A stretch of DNA of 64,000 bases, taken from the NCBI GenBank assembly GCA_902465645.1, contig CABQNX010000003.1, forward strand, positions 23,180 through 87,179, read 5' to 3'. This document shows, piece after piece, positions 38,555 to 50,000 of the stretch. A program made the translations under genes and the position numbers. Source of the DNA: an uncultured Peptoniphilus sp. (lineage in GTDB: Bacteria > Bacillota > Clostridia > Tissierellales > Peptoniphilaceae). The notes beneath the pieces were generated by a model. That model had not been told where the DNA came from. It did no database searches and worked only from the letters and a program-made list of their open reading frames with translations. The stretch's first letter is position 1. Each line of letters begins with the position of its first letter.

Positions 38555-39082
38555 TTAAACTTCAATTTTACCGTAGTTTCCATCTTTTCTCTTGTAAACA
38601 ATAGAAACTCCATCAGTACCTGCGTCTAAGAAAACAAAGAAATTGTGGTTTAGAAGATCCATTTGTAGGATTGCTTCTTCTTCATCCATTGGGTTAAGTT
38701 CGAAGTTCTTTCTCTTTACAATCTTGTGTTCTGATTCTTCCTTTGGTGGTTCTTTATCAAAAAGTTCGTCAAATCTAATTGTTTCGTTATTTTGATATCT
38801 TCTCTTTAATTTAGTCTTGTGTTTTCTAATTTGTCTAGCAAGTGCATCCACAGCGTTGTCCATTGAAGAGTACATGTCGTCTGTAGTTTCTTCTGCCCTA
38901 ATAATTGTCTTTGGTAAAAATATTGTAGCTTCAACAGTTTGTTCATCTTTTATTGTAGAGAAAACAAGCCTTGTTTCAACTTCTTCAGAAAAATATTTAT
39001 CTAACCTGGAGAATTTTTTTTCTGCAATTTCCTTCAAAGATTCTGTAAGTTCAATGTTTTTTCCAACAAAGTTCAATAACAT
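38555..39082 (-). CDS. hpf: Ribosome hibernation promoting factor (long HPF)
   Basis: GKNIELT, DMY..MD, RQIRKHKTK, PMD.EEAILQM.LL.H.FFVF. Likely start at 39082. Confidence 0.95.
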   Translation of the reverse strand: MLLNFVGKNIELTESLKEIAEKKFSRLDKYFSEEVETRLVFSTIKDEQTVEATIFLPKTIIRAEETTDDMYSSMDNAVDALARQIRKHKTKLKRRYQNNETIRFDELFDKEPPKEESEHKIVKRKNFELNPMDEEEAILQMDLLNHNFFVFLDAGTDGVSIVYKRKDGNYGKIEV

Positions 39083-39252
39083 AAATGTCACTCTCCTTTT
39101 TTCTTTGTCTAATATTTACCCAAGAATTTACAATTATATCATTTTATTTAATTAACTTCATAAATTCACTAAATGTACTTTTAATCCTATTCTTGATATA
39201 ATTAGCATAAATAAATGTAGAAATTATTTAGATTTTTTAAGGTTGTGATCTT

Positions 39253-40161
39253 ATGGCAATAAAAAATAAAATCGACTATAAGTATAGGATTGGGATGCGT
39301 ACTTTTAAGACAGCCCTTGCAGTTGTAATTGGCCTCTACATCTCCTACCTCTTGGACCTAGACTCAGCAATATTTGTATCCATAGCTGCAGTCTCAACAA
39401 TGAAACCCTCAATGTCTGAATCACTCCAAGACTTTAAGAAGAGGATCTTCACCTGCGTCTTTGGAGTAATGGTGGGATATTTCTTTTCTAAAATTTCTGT
39501 AAAGGAATACCTGGAGCCCCTAATAGCTGGCCTTGGAATCCTCCTTACAATTTACATCTTAGTAGTTTTTAAGATGAAGGACATGACCCAGCTTTCTTGC
39601 ATAGTTTTTGTGGCAAGTTTTTGCTCCGACTCAGATAAGTTTTACTACGCAACAAACCGTATCATTGGTACCCTTATTGGGATTTTTGTTGGCGTCTTGG
39701 TAAATTATTTTATCTCATCTCCCAATGTTTGGGAAGATTTTATAAGGGCTGCGAGAAACTGCTACAGGTCTAGTAACCTTGTCTTAAAACAAGTTCTTTC
39801 AGGCGAAAAGGTGGACTTAAGTGAATTTAATAAAAATCTAGCAAGTACCACAAAACTCTACAAACTTTTGGAGAAGGAAGCCGACACTCCCTTCCAATAC
39901 AAGTACAATAAAATCTCTCGTGAGAAAAAAATTATGTCACTCATAGAAAGCATATCAGTTAGGCTTGAAGTGGTGGAGAATATGGATATCCACAAATTTA
40001 GCCAGGAGGTCTCCCAAGAAGCCCTAAAAAGATATGACCTTAAAGAAGAGCCCACACAAGACTTAGGTGTGGAAGACAGGGTCTACAACTACCACATTGA
40101 ATATATTTTAAAATACATGGACCAACTTAATGAAGAAATAGAAAACATAAGGGTGAAATAA
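39253..40161 (+). CDS. Aromatic acid exporter / FUSC family membrane protein
   Basis: IGMRTFKTALAV, NRII.TLIG...G.LVN. Confidence 0.85.
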   Translation: MAIKNKIDYKYRIGMRTFKTALAVVIGLYISYLLDLDSAIFVSIAAVSTMKPSMSESLQDFKKRIFTCVFGVMVGYFFSKISVKEYLEPLIAGLGILLTIYILVVFKMKDMTQLSCIVFVASFCSDSDKFYYATNRIIGTLIGIFVGVLVNYFISSPNVWEDFIRAARNCYRSSNLVLKQVLSGEKVDLSEFNKNLASTTKLYKLLEKEADTPFQYKYNKISREKKIMSLIESISVRLEVVENMDIHKFSQEVSQEALKRYDLKEEPTQDLGVEDRVYNYHIEYILKYMDQLNEEIENIRVK

Positions 40162-41873
40162 TGAAAGATGACAAAAAAGAAATTTATGAAATAGGTAAAA
40201 AAGTAATTTATCAATCAACAATAGGTTTTGAAAATCTTATTAAAAAAGTGGAATTTGATCTACTAAGAGAAAATTCCTACCTAATGAAAAGACCCCAAGA
40301 TAACATATCTGCCTTTATCCTCTTGGACTTCAAGGAGTTTTATTATTATTCTAAGGATGTCTTGAAAAATATTTTGACTTCACTAGACCTTGAAGACCCT
40401 ATGATAGAAAATATGGAAGAACTTTTATTAGACTCCTATGTCTCTCTCTTCAAGATAGAGAAAAAGGATGGCTACTATCTCTTTTATGACTGTCTCTTAG
40501 ATGAATATATAGAAGTTGAACTAGACGACTCCATCGAATACTCTTCTGCAAGCAAGGGCCTAATAAGGGTCTTTGGTAAAGATGAGAGGAAAATGGTCCT
40601 CCAAGTTCTTCAAATGATTTCTAACAAGGATTTCTTAACTTATCAAAACAATGTGGATAATTTAATCAACCACATGAGACGGGAGTTTGGACCCTTGGAA
40701 TTAAATAAGGACTTCCTAAAGTCTGACCTCTTAAACCTCTTGACAGTCTACGAGGTAACTTTTGAAAACCCAAGAGAAGAATCAGAAGACTTTGATGACT
40801 ATGCCTTCTCTGAATTTGCAGAGCTCCTAAGCACTTTCGATCCAGAGGACTTAGAGATTGCACAAAACTTAGACTTTTACAAAAAAATACTTCCTGGAGC
40901 CAAGGACGAAGCCATTATGGGCTTCATAGTGAGACTTTTCTCAAAAATTTACTTCAAGGTCCTTGCCCGTGAAAACAAGAGATTTGATGACTACAAACTT
41001 TACTACAAGGAAATTTTTAAAAGTTTATCAGAAGCAGGTGAATTTTTAAGTAAGGACGAGCTTGTAATGTCTCTTGATTATTTAATTACTTTTTACTCCA
41101 AGCTTGCTGGACTTGGAAGAGATGTTGGCAAGATAATAAGTGATCTTGGAGAAATGCAGGAAAATATTTTTTATTATCTTGGCCTCTTAAAAAACAGTGA
41201 AACTGGATTCTTTTACGAGGACAAGGTTCTAGAAATCTTAATGGAAAATGAAGAAGACCTTGAGGCTAATGATTTTATAGAATACTTTGACTTCTTTATT
41301 GAGTTTTTGGACATGAATTATGTTGGCGTTCTAAAGTCTGGCGACCTCTCTCCTGCTATGCTAAGAGAATTTGCTGAGTCAATAAATCTTAAACCAACAA
41401 AAGAAGTAATGACTTACAAGAACAAGCACTTCCCATTGATAGAACTTTACTTTAACTTTTTAAAGAAAAAGTATCTCATCCATATAGATCAAAAAAAGTA
41501 TGGAAGGCAAGACATCTATATCACAGACATAGCAGAAGACTACCTAGCCTTTGACGAGGTTACAAAACTTGCAATTTGGATTGAAGCCCTAACTAATAAG
41601 GACTTTTTGAAAGATTCTTTTGGAAAGAATTATGAAAAATACAGGGACTTTGTCACAGACCTTATAAAGGGCTTAAGCGAAGGCAAAATTGTAAGATTAT
41701 ATGAATTTAGATTTAAGGACTTTGAGCTTTCTCTCACAAATATCCTAACGGACCTTGGAATCATAGAAGATGAATTCACAGATTTAAAAATTACAAATTT
41801 TGGAAGAGAAATCTACGACTACTACAAGACTGAAGAGACAAACTCTAACAATGTAATAGAAGTGGACTTCTAA
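40161..41873 (+). CDS. Hypothetical acidic protein (570 aa)
   Basis: Long ORF translationally coupled (TAATG) to the upstream gene; no recognised family. Confidence 0.8.
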   Translation: MKDDKKEIYEIGKKVIYQSTIGFENLIKKVEFDLLRENSYLMKRPQDNISAFILLDFKEFYYYSKDVLKNILTSLDLEDPMIENMEELLLDSYVSLFKIEKKDGYYLFYDCLLDEYIEVELDDSIEYSSASKGLIRVFGKDERKMVLQVLQMISNKDFLTYQNNVDNLINHMRREFGPLELNKDFLKSDLLNLLTVYEVTFENPREESEDFDDYAFSEFAELLSTFDPEDLEIAQNLDFYKKILPGAKDEAIMGFIVRLFSKIYFKVLARENKRFDDYKLYYKEIFKSLSEAGEFLSKDELVMSLDYLITFYSKLAGLGRDVGKIISDLGEMQENIFYYLGLLKNSETGFFYEDKVLEILMENEEDLEANDFIEYFDFFIEFLDMNYVGVLKSGDLSPAMLREFAESINLKPTKEVMTYKNKHFPLIELYFNFLKKKYLIHIDQKKYGRQDIYITDIAEDYLAFDEVTKLAIWIEALTNKDFLKDSFGKNYEKYRDFVTDLIKGLSEGKIVRLYEFRFKDFELSLTNILTDLGIIEDEFTDLKITNFGREIYDYYKTEETNSNNVIEVDF

Positions 41874-41886
41874 TAAAAATTTAAAT

Positions 41887-41948
41887 GGCGAGTGAACTAA
41901 GGGCAAAACTCTAGAATGGATTTGCCTCTGGCTTACTCGTCTTTTTTT
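41887..41948 (+). terminator. Long-stem terminator-like hairpin
   Basis: GGCGAGTGA...AGGGCAAA...TTTGCCTC...TTACTCGTC followed by TTTTTTT. Confidence 0.65.
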
Positions 41949-42141
41949 ATTGTTGAATTCAAGTCAACAGTTAAAATTCATACTTAGTCAAACAAAAAAA
42001 TCTTTATAGCTTACTAAAGCCTTACAAACAAAAAGTTTTAAAAATGCAAAAGTTTTCATATTATTCGATAATACTGTGATATAATAAAGCAAAAGGATAG
42101 CTGTTCGGTAAACTTTTATTATTTTTAAAGGAGGAATAATA

Positions 42142-43446
42142 ATGCAAAGTAAAAAATTTAACTCGAAGGACATCTTAATGTTCGTATTATACGCACTCTT
42201 TGGCATATTCATGTTCTTCGTACCTGTACAAATTGGAGATGCCAACACCATTCCCATTGACCACTTGACGAGTTTTGTTAAGAAAATCCCAAATTATAAC
42301 CTAATCTTTGGTGTATTTATGGTTGTAGCTGGTGTTGCTTATGCAATTAAATCAAAATCTTGGGAAAAAAGTAAACTTCACATGGTTTTCTTTGCACTAA
42401 AGCTAGTTGCTCTTGTTTTTGTCTTTATGTATATTACAAATAAAGGACCAGCAAGAATTTTTGATGGTGACATGTTACCACTTATCTGGAATGGAATCAT
42501 GGTTTCAGTAACAACAATTGTGCCAATTGGATCAGTTTTCCTTGCCTTCTTGACAGGCTTTGGACTTATGGAATTTATTGGAGTCTTCATGGAACCAGTA
42601 ATGAGACCAGTATTTAAAACACCTGGTAGGTCAGCAGTTGATGCTGTTGCATCCTTTGTTGGCTCATATTCATTAGCACTTTTAATCACAAACAGAGTTT
42701 ACATGGAAGACACTTACACAAAAAAGGAAGCCGCTATTATAGCAACAGGTTTCTCAACAGTTTCTGCAACATTTATGATCATCGTGGCAAAAACTCTTGA
42801 CTTAATGGACTACTGGCTAGCTTACTTCTGGATTACACTTTTTGTTACTTTCCTAGTAACAGCAATCACAGCAAGAATCTTCCCACTAAGCAAGAAGCCA
42901 CAAGAATATTATTCTGGAAAAGAATATATACCAGAAGCAAAGAAGAAAGTCACTTTCTCAGATGCACTTAACACAGGTATGGAAGCCTACAAAAATGCTG
43001 ACTCCCTAGGAAAAGTTATAAAAGACAACTTTATCGATGGATTTAAAATGGCACTTAACATTGCTCCATCCCTATTGGGCGTTGGTATGATTGGACTTTT
43101 ACTTGCAGAGTACACTCCAATCTTTGATATCATAGGCTACATCTTCTATCCATTCACACTTATCACAAAAGTAGAAGAACCACTTATGGTTGCACAAGCA
43201 CTGGGAATGAGTATTGCAGAAATGCTTCTTCCAGCACCACTTGTAGCAGAAGCTGGCCTTGGCCTAATAACAAGAATGTTAATAGCAATAGTTTCTGTAT
43301 CAGAAATCCTATTTTTCTCAGCATCAATCCCAGTTATGATGGGAACTGAAATACCTCTAAAATTCTCAGACTATATTATCATCTGGATTGAAAGAGTTAT
43401 TTTAAGTATAGTAATTGCAATGCCAATACTTTATCTAGTATTTTAG
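42142..43446 (+). CDS. YjiH-family (Gate-domain) membrane transporter, probably for amino acids
   Basis: GLMEFIG, RP.FKTPGRSAVDAVASFVGS, IATGFSTVS, FFSASIP. Confidence 0.88.
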   Translation: MQSKKFNSKDILMFVLYALFGIFMFFVPVQIGDANTIPIDHLTSFVKKIPNYNLIFGVFMVVAGVAYAIKSKSWEKSKLHMVFFALKLVALVFVFMYITNKGPARIFDGDMLPLIWNGIMVSVTTIVPIGSVFLAFLTGFGLMEFIGVFMEPVMRPVFKTPGRSAVDAVASFVGSYSLALLITNRVYMEDTYTKKEAAIIATGFSTVSATFMIIVAKTLDLMDYWLAYFWITLFVTFLVTAITARIFPLSKKPQEYYSGKEYIPEAKKKVTFSDALNTGMEAYKNADSLGKVIKDNFIDGFKMALNIAPSLLGVGMIGLLLAEYTPIFDIIGYIFYPFTLITKVEEPLMVAQALGMSIAEMLLPAPLVAEAGLGLITRMLIAIVSVSEILFFSASIPVMMGTEIPLKFSDYIIIWIERVILSIVIAMPILYLVF

Positions 43447-43475
43447 ATAATTTCTTTAATTAAATAATAGAAATG

Positions 43476-43499
43476 AGGGACTCGCAAGGTCCCTTTTTT
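43476..43499 (+). terminator. Rho-independent terminator
   Basis: AGGGACT-cgca-AGGTCCCTTTTTT. Confidence 0.75.
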
Positions 43500-43548
43500 A
43501 TTTTACAAGAAATTTACAAGGCCTTGTTATCATTAAGATGGTGATAAT

Positions 43549-43794
43549 ATGAATTTTATATTCTTTATAAGGTCAATAACTTACATAAGTTTAGAATTTC
43601 TATTTGCCTACAAACTAGAAAAGTCAAATCTTGCCACTAGAAAATATTTTTATGGGCTGGGTCTTATCTTAGTCCTCTTTGAAATCTTTATAATAAAAAA
43701 TTTTACTTCAGACTTCTGGGATAGGCAGGCCTTGGGATTTATATCAGGCTACATCCTCTATTTCTCTTTAAAAAATCTAATTAAAAAAGGCTAG
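43549..43794 (+). CDS. Small hypothetical membrane protein (81 aa)
   Basis: GGTGA RBS; about 3 hydrophobic segments; ends in a GGCTAGC/GCTAGCC hairpin. Confidence 0.65.
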   Translation: MNFIFFIRSITYISLEFLFAYKLEKSNLATRKYFYGLGLILVLFEIFIIKNFTSDFWDRQALGFISGYILYFSLKNLIKKG

Positions 43795-43815
43795 CTTATA
43801 TGCTAGCCCTTCTCA

Positions 43816-44229
43816 TTAAAAGCTTAAATTCCCCTCTAAGAGATCTTTTCTTAAATTTTTTATCTTCTCTTCTATTTTTTCTATAACTTCTTTTAATTCT
43901 TTGCCGCTTTTGCCAGAAGGATCATCTAGACCCCAATCTTCCTTATACTTTGCTTCCAAATAAGGACAATACACTTCGCAGCCCATTGTAATAGCTATAT
44001 CAATAGGAGGGAGTTTATCAAGGGTCTTGGGTTTTTGACTCTTCTCCATATCAATATTATAAATTTCTTTCATCAGCCTTACAGCATCTTCATTTATCTT
44101 GTCCTTAGTTTCTGTACCTGCAGAATAAGATTCAAAAACATCTCCTGCCAGCAGCTTAGCCAAGGCCTCAGCAATTTGACTCCTGCAAGAATTGTGAACA
44201 CAAATAAAAGCAACTTTTGCTTTTTTCAT
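43816..44229 (-). CDS. arsC: Thioredoxin-dependent arsenate reductase (LMW-PTP fold)
   Basis: CVHNSCRSQ, TMGC...CP, WGLDDP. Likely start at 44229 behind GGAGG. Confidence 0.92.
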   Translation of the reverse strand: MKKAKVAFICVHNSCRSQIAEALAKLLAGDVFESYSAGTETKDKINEDAVRLMKEIYNIDMEKSQKPKTLDKLPPIDIAITMGCEVYCPYLEAKYKEDWGLDDPSGKSGKELKEVIEKIEEKIKNLRKDLLEGNLSF

Positions 44230-44271
44230 TTTATCTTCCTCCACAAATTTAGACTTATTCATCTCATAAGC

Positions 44272-45315
44272 TTAGGCAAATTTTCCCTTAGTCTTATTTG
44301 CCACATTTACCAAAAATAACATTACAGGAACTTCTGTCAATACACCAACAGTGCATGCGAGAGATGCAGCTGAGCCGACGCCAAATAGGGCAACAGCAAC
44401 TGCAAGAGCTAGTTCAAAAAAGTTTGAAGCACCAATAAGTCCAGCAGGTGCCGCTATTTTAAAGGGAAGTCCCAAGACCTTACAAGCCATGTAGGCTATA
44501 GAAAAGATTAAAATTGTCTGTAAAATTAAGGGAATTCCTATTAAAACAATGTGAAGTGGGTTCTCGACAATAGCATTTGCTTGTGAACTAAAGATGAGGA
44601 TAAGAGTTAAAAGTAAACCAAGAGTTGTTATACCATCAAACTTATTAACAAATTCTTTCTCAAAATAGTCACTACCCCTCTTGCCTACAAGATACTTCCT
44701 TGTAATCACACCTGCAAGTAAAGGAACTGCCACAAAAAGCAAGACACTGACAAATAAGGTTTTATAGGGAACAATAACTTTTGAGACTCCCAAGAGAAAC
44801 TTCACTATTGGGATAAAGGCAACAAGTATAATCAAATCATTTGTGGCAACTTGCACAAGAGTGTAGGCTGGGTCTCCCTTAGTTAGGCTGCTCCAGACAA
44901 ATACCATGGCAGTACAAGGTGCTGCTCCAAGCAAAACAGCACCAGCGAGATAATCCTTGGCAAGGTCTTCTGGAATCAAATTTTTAAAAATTATAAAGAA
45001 GAATAAGTAGGAAATCCCAAACATAGTAAAGGGTTTTATAAGCCAATTTGTAATCCATGTGACAAAAAGACCCTTGGGGTTCTTGCCAACTTCCTTTATA
45101 CTTTCAAAATCTATTTTTATCATCATGGGATAAATCATTATCCAAATAAGAATCGCTATGGGAACAGAAATCCCCTCAATTTGTAATCCAGATACAAAAC
45201 TTGTCATTTGTGGAAAAACTTTCCCCAAAAAAACTCCCACTCCCATGCAGATAAGTACCCATAGGGTCAGATATCTTTGAAAAAAATTAATACCTTCTCT
45301 TTTTTCTTCCATCAC
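44272..45315 (-). CDS. acr3: ACR3-family arsenite efflux transporter
   Basis: YLTLWV, MIYPMM, NWLIKPF, APCTAMVFVW, ASNFFELA, EVPVML. Confidence 0.95.
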   Translation of the reverse strand: MMEEKREGINFFQRYLTLWVLICMGVGVFLGKVFPQMTSFVSGLQIEGISVPIAILIWIMIYPMMIKIDFESIKEVGKNPKGLFVTWITNWLIKPFTMFGISYLFFFIIFKNLIPEDLAKDYLAGAVLLGAAPCTAMVFVWSSLTKGDPAYTLVQVATNDLIILVAFIPIVKFLLGVSKVIVPYKTLFVSVLLFVAVPLLAGVITRKYLVGKRGSDYFEKEFVNKFDGITTLGLLLTLILIFSSQANAIVENPLHIVLIGIPLILQTILIFSIAYMACKVLGLPFKIAAPAGLIGASNFFELALAVAVALFGVGSAASLACTVGVLTEVPVMLFLVNVANKTKGKFA

Positions 45316-45340
45316 TTTCCTCCTTAAGCTTCAGATAAAA

Positions 45341-45661
45341 CTAATTCTCAATCTTACAAATACACTCTTCAGTATTTGTAGAAATATCAGCAATAAAATT
45401 TATTATCTCCTTGAAACTCTCTTCCTTAAGCCTGTAATAAATGTTTTTTCCATCTCTCCTAGATTTTATAAAATCGGCTTCCTCCAACTTCTTCATATGA
45501 CTTGATAAAGTTGGTTGACTTATATGAAAATATTCCAAAATTTCACAGGCACACAATTCCCTACAAGACAAAAGATCTATGATTTGAAGTCTCTTTTGCT
45601 CACACAAAACCTTTAGCATCTTGGAATAGGCAAAATATTTATCCTCATTTTTATTTGACAT
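45341..45661 (-). CDS. arsR: ArsR/SmtB transcriptional repressor
   Basis: ELCACEI, SQPTLS.HM, RRDGK..YY. Confidence 0.92.
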   Translation of the reverse strand: MSNKNEDKYFAYSKMLKVLCEQKRLQIIDLLSCRELCACEILEYFHISQPTLSSHMKKLEEADFIKSRRDGKNIYYRLKEESFKEIINFIADISTNTEECICKIEN

Positions 45662-45689
45662 AAGCCACCTCCATCAATATTATACAAGT

Positions 45690-45711
45690 CATATCGATAG
45701 CTGTCTATGTG
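45690..45711. promoter_or_regulatory. Putative ArsR operator
   Basis: Imperfect palindrome CATATCGATAG|CTGTCTATGTG about 30 bp upstream of arsR. Confidence 0.6.
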
Positions 45712-45781
45712 TTATTTAAAAAAATAAACTTTTACAAACCTTCCAATAAAAAAAAGACTAGCACAAGCTAGTCCCTATAAT

Positions 45782-46846
45782 TTAAACAAGATTATTTAAC
45801 TTATAATGATTACTAGAATCCTCCAAAGTCCTTAAAAGTTTTTCAACTTCACCCTTATCAGCCTTAATAAACTTTATCTTTTTAGGATGTGCAACAATAT
45901 TCTTAACTTCCTTTAGCATTTCAGGAGCAGTGCCGTGATAGTGAGAAGGAAGCCTAAAAGAATTAAAAGTACCATCAAAATTCAAATAATAATCAAAATA
46001 CTCAAGCATAGCCATTGATGGACCAGAATTTACACCCATGATTTCCCTTTTAAACTTCTCGTCCTTTTCATAATCATCAAAACTTGACATAGAAGAGCCT
46101 CTTTCTTTTACACTTATTCACAAGCCATCATTTTTTGGATTTATAAAAGGATCTCTATTTATTTCAGGACCAAAAAATTCTCCAACCTCGGCAAAGGAAA
46201 GCCAGGCAAGACATCCCTTAACATCTCCATTCTTATAGCCCTTAAAGACTTTAGATTCTTGTTCCCTCATAGTCCTTTCATAATTAACTTTTTCTTCATC
46301 AGACTTTCCTGCCATGTCCTTATTGTAAAGGTAGTCAAGACCAAGCGGGTCCAATACCTTCTTCTCATCTTTAAGATCTTCATTCTTCTCTTCTTTTATC
46401 TCCTTAGAGTCATAGCCATCACCAATTACAACAACCCTCTTGTCCTTGTCCCAGTCGACCTTTTCTCCAAAGGCTTCTGCAATTGCCCTTAGGTGAACAA
46501 AAGTCCTGTCCTCTTTAATAAGAGCAGGTGCATCAAGTTTAATCTTTCTATCAACATTTGCTGAAATATCTTCCATAAACTTTCCACCAATAATAAGTGA
46601 AAACTCATTCCCCTTTTCATCCTTGATGTTAACAGACCTCTTGTCACCGTCCCAAATAACTTCCTTGCCAAGATTTTCAGAAATCACCCTAAGAGGCACC
46701 ATAGTCCTCTCCTCATAAATATAAGGATCAACATCAGACTTAAGCATGTCCCCATTCATCCAAATCCTAATATTAGAATTGGCAGTTACAAGACTTGGGA
46801 TAGCAAGAGCAAGTATTGAGGCACCCAAAATAAATTTCTTCTTCAT
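45782..46846 (-). pseudogene. Secreted copper-amine-oxidase N-terminal (stalk) domain protein interrupted by one in-frame TGA
   Basis: Signal peptide; RTMVPLR.ISE, RTFVHLRAIAE. ORFs 46118-46846 and 45782-46090 share a frame and are separated by TGA plus 9 sense codons. Confidence 0.7.
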
Positions 46847-47058
46847 AAAATCCCCCTTTTTTAATTTTAAAATATTTTCCTAATTATTCTCTTTAGTATG
46901 ATTATATCTTAAAAGTTTTTAAAAAGAAGTTAAAAGTGTAAGACTGTGAGAGTTTACAAGTTTGAATCTTATAAGAACTTAACAAAAAATTTGGGCAAGA
47001 AAAAATCCCCAGGTAGTCTGGGGATATGTTCTTATTTTTATTCACTTAATAAAATAAC

Positions 47059-50000
47059 TTATTTATTCTTTTTATTTCTCTTCTTAAGTTCAATAAATGC
47101 AAGACCGCTTGCAGCAAGTGAGCCTAGGCCTATTGAAGAAAGAATTCCTGCGTCACCAGTCTTAGGTGCTTTTGTGTCGTCCTTTGTAGAAATTTGAGCT
47201 AGATTTTTATCTTCTTCTCTTGCTTCAACTTTTTCTACTACTTCATCTTCACTTTCAACAGCCTTAACTTCTTCTACATTTTCTTCCTTATTTTCAACTT
47301 CTTTAGTTTTTTCAGTTTTTTCTTCAACTGTCTTTTCAGTTTCAACTACTGGAGTTGATGGAACTTCAGTCACTACAGGAGTGCCTGGAGTCTTGTGGTC
47401 CCTTGTAGAAGGAGTTGACTCATTAGGTTCAACAGGTTCTACTGGAGTTAGAGGAACAAGAGGAGTTGTTTCCTTAGGTTCTTCTGGATCCTTAGGGTCT
47501 TCATCTTTGATAGGAGTAGCTGGTTCTAGTGGAGTCAAAGGTGTTTCTGTTTTTTCGTAAACGTATGTGATTTCTTGTTTTACTCCTGGTTTGTAGTTAC
47601 CTCTTGCTTCTTCACCATCTTGATTGTAAGTTGGCTCTTCTACTGGAGTTTCTGTTCTTACAAATTCAAATCCATCTTTTTCTTTCTTACCAGTTTCGTA
47701 AGTCATGTCTTTTGTTCCACCACTTACTTTTCCATCTGCCACTTCACGTCCAGTTTCTTTTCCGTCTTTATCTTTTGTGATATAGATGTGGTGTTCTTGA
47801 AACTTACCTGTTTCTTCGATTGGTGTTTGTTTCACTTCTGTTTTTTGGTAGATATATGTTACTTCTAGTTTTTCTCCATTTACATAATTACCAGAAGTTT
47901 CTGCACCTTGTCCATCAAATTGTACGCCTAAATTAGCAGAATTTTCATTTGTAGCTTTTACTTCAACAAGTTTATAGCCATCTTTATCTTTTTCTTCTGT
48001 TACAACATTTCCATCTTGATCTTTTTTAGATGTTGAGTATTCATTCTCATCAATTCCTGTTGTTTCTGTACCATCTTTTGTTACAGTTTCTTCAGTGATT
48101 ACTTTCCCATTTTCATCAAGTGTTTGATAAATATGGTGTTCTTGGAAGGATCCATGTTTAATATCTCTTTCATAGATATAAGTTACTTCTTTTGTCTTTC
48201 CAACTTCATATCCACCACGAGCAAGAGATCCGTCAGCATTGTAGGCTGGATTTTCAACTAAATTATCAGTATCTACTTTTATAAATTTGAAATCTTCTAT
48301 TTCGTTTTTATCTGTAAAGTAGAAATCATAATCGAAACCTTCTGTTTTACTTGAATGGATAGTAAAAGTTTGGTCTTCTTGAAGAACTCCATCTACTTTT
48401 GTGTAATAAACGTGATGTTCTTTGAAATAACCCACTTTTTCGCCTTGAGCATCTGTATCTCCTTCAGTAGTTAGGATGCTATTGTCCATAATATGAAATT
48501 TATTTCCGTCACCATAAAGAGTTGCTCTTGAATATAAGTTGTTACCTGTTTCACTAGGAGCTGCTACTGATTTAACTGTAACGATATATGGGCTATCAAT
48601 ATCATTATTACGTAGTTGTTCATCTCCATTATCAGCAAATACAATTTCGATTCCGCCATCTCTAAATGTTGTTTTAACAATTGTTTCTTCATCTGTTTGT
48701 ACTGGGTTTTCTATAATTGCTGATGGAACGTCAGTACCTGCTGGTAACTTTTGAACTGAAACAGTCGTATCTTTTTCTGTATAGTTCACATCAGAAGGAG
48801 TTCCATCTGGTGTAACTCCATCTATAAACATTACAACTTTACCAAAAGCCCAATCTTTTGTAGATGTTGTAATAGTTTCTGATTCTGGGTTTATATAGAA
48901 TACTTGAGTATATTCTCCAGTTTCGGGGTTAAATTCTGTGAATTGGCTGATACCATTTAGCTTATCTTCAGTGTAATAAGTATCCCCATATTCTACTTTT
49001 AAAGTTTTTTCATCTTTTGTATCGCCAACTGCAATAGAAAAGTTTTCATCTTTTGTATTTGGAACCTTAGTCTTGTCTACATAAGCAAATCCCTTTACAG
49101 AAACTCTTACATTTCTTTCGTCATTTACATTTTCGTTGAAAGTGTACTTAATAGTGCTTCTGTCTAGTCTTACACCATCAGCAACAGTTTTTCCATTAAT
49201 TTCGATTGGATATTCATTTTCGTGATCAGGCTCAATTCCCTTTAATGATAAGTTTTCTGAAAGGTCAATTGTAAAATAGTCGCCTGCAATTGTTCCTCTT
49301 GGAGTTGTAAATGATACTTCCCAACCTATTGCTTCACCATCATCTGGTTTAACAGTTCCAGGTGTTTGGTGTCCTTCTTCAGTTATAGCAACATATTGAT
49401 TTGTTATTTCGTTGGAAATATCTTTTGCTTCTGTTCTAGCTTCAGCTGCTATTGTTTCTGAGTCTACTTCTTCATTTAATAGTAGCTCTTCTTCATTCAC
49501 AGATTCTTCTGTTAATGGGTCAACTTGTTCTTCTCTTGCTTCTTCTATTTTAGCTTCTTCATTTTCTTCTACTAGTGCTTCTTTATTTTCAATTGTTTCT
49601 TCTGCAACTTCTTCTTCATTGTTTTCCAAAAGAGCTTCTTCTCTTGGCATAGCTTGGTCAGCGTCTTCTCTTTCTTTCCTAACTTCTGCTGCTTTTTCTT
49701 CAAGCACTTGACTAGCTTCTCTTTCTTTAACTACAGCTTCTGAAATTTCTTCTGCTGGTGCTTCGGTTTCTTTTACTTCAGCTACTGCTTCTGTTTCTTT
49801 TGTTTCATCTGCTGGACTTTCTACAGTTTCTGTTTCTTTTGTTTCTGTAGATTCTGTTTCACCACTAGCTGCTTCAGCACTTGTTTCTATAGATATTGAA
49901 GATCCTACTTCGCTTGCTCCTTCTTCTACTTGTGCGCTTACTACTGTTGGTGACAAGAAGATGCAATACCCTAATACACAAGACACTAGACCAACTGATA

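Noticed and set aside
46085..46120. In-frame TGA as selenocysteine
   Set aside because: No convincing SECIS hairpin after the codon and no redox-motif context; a nonsense mutation is simpler.
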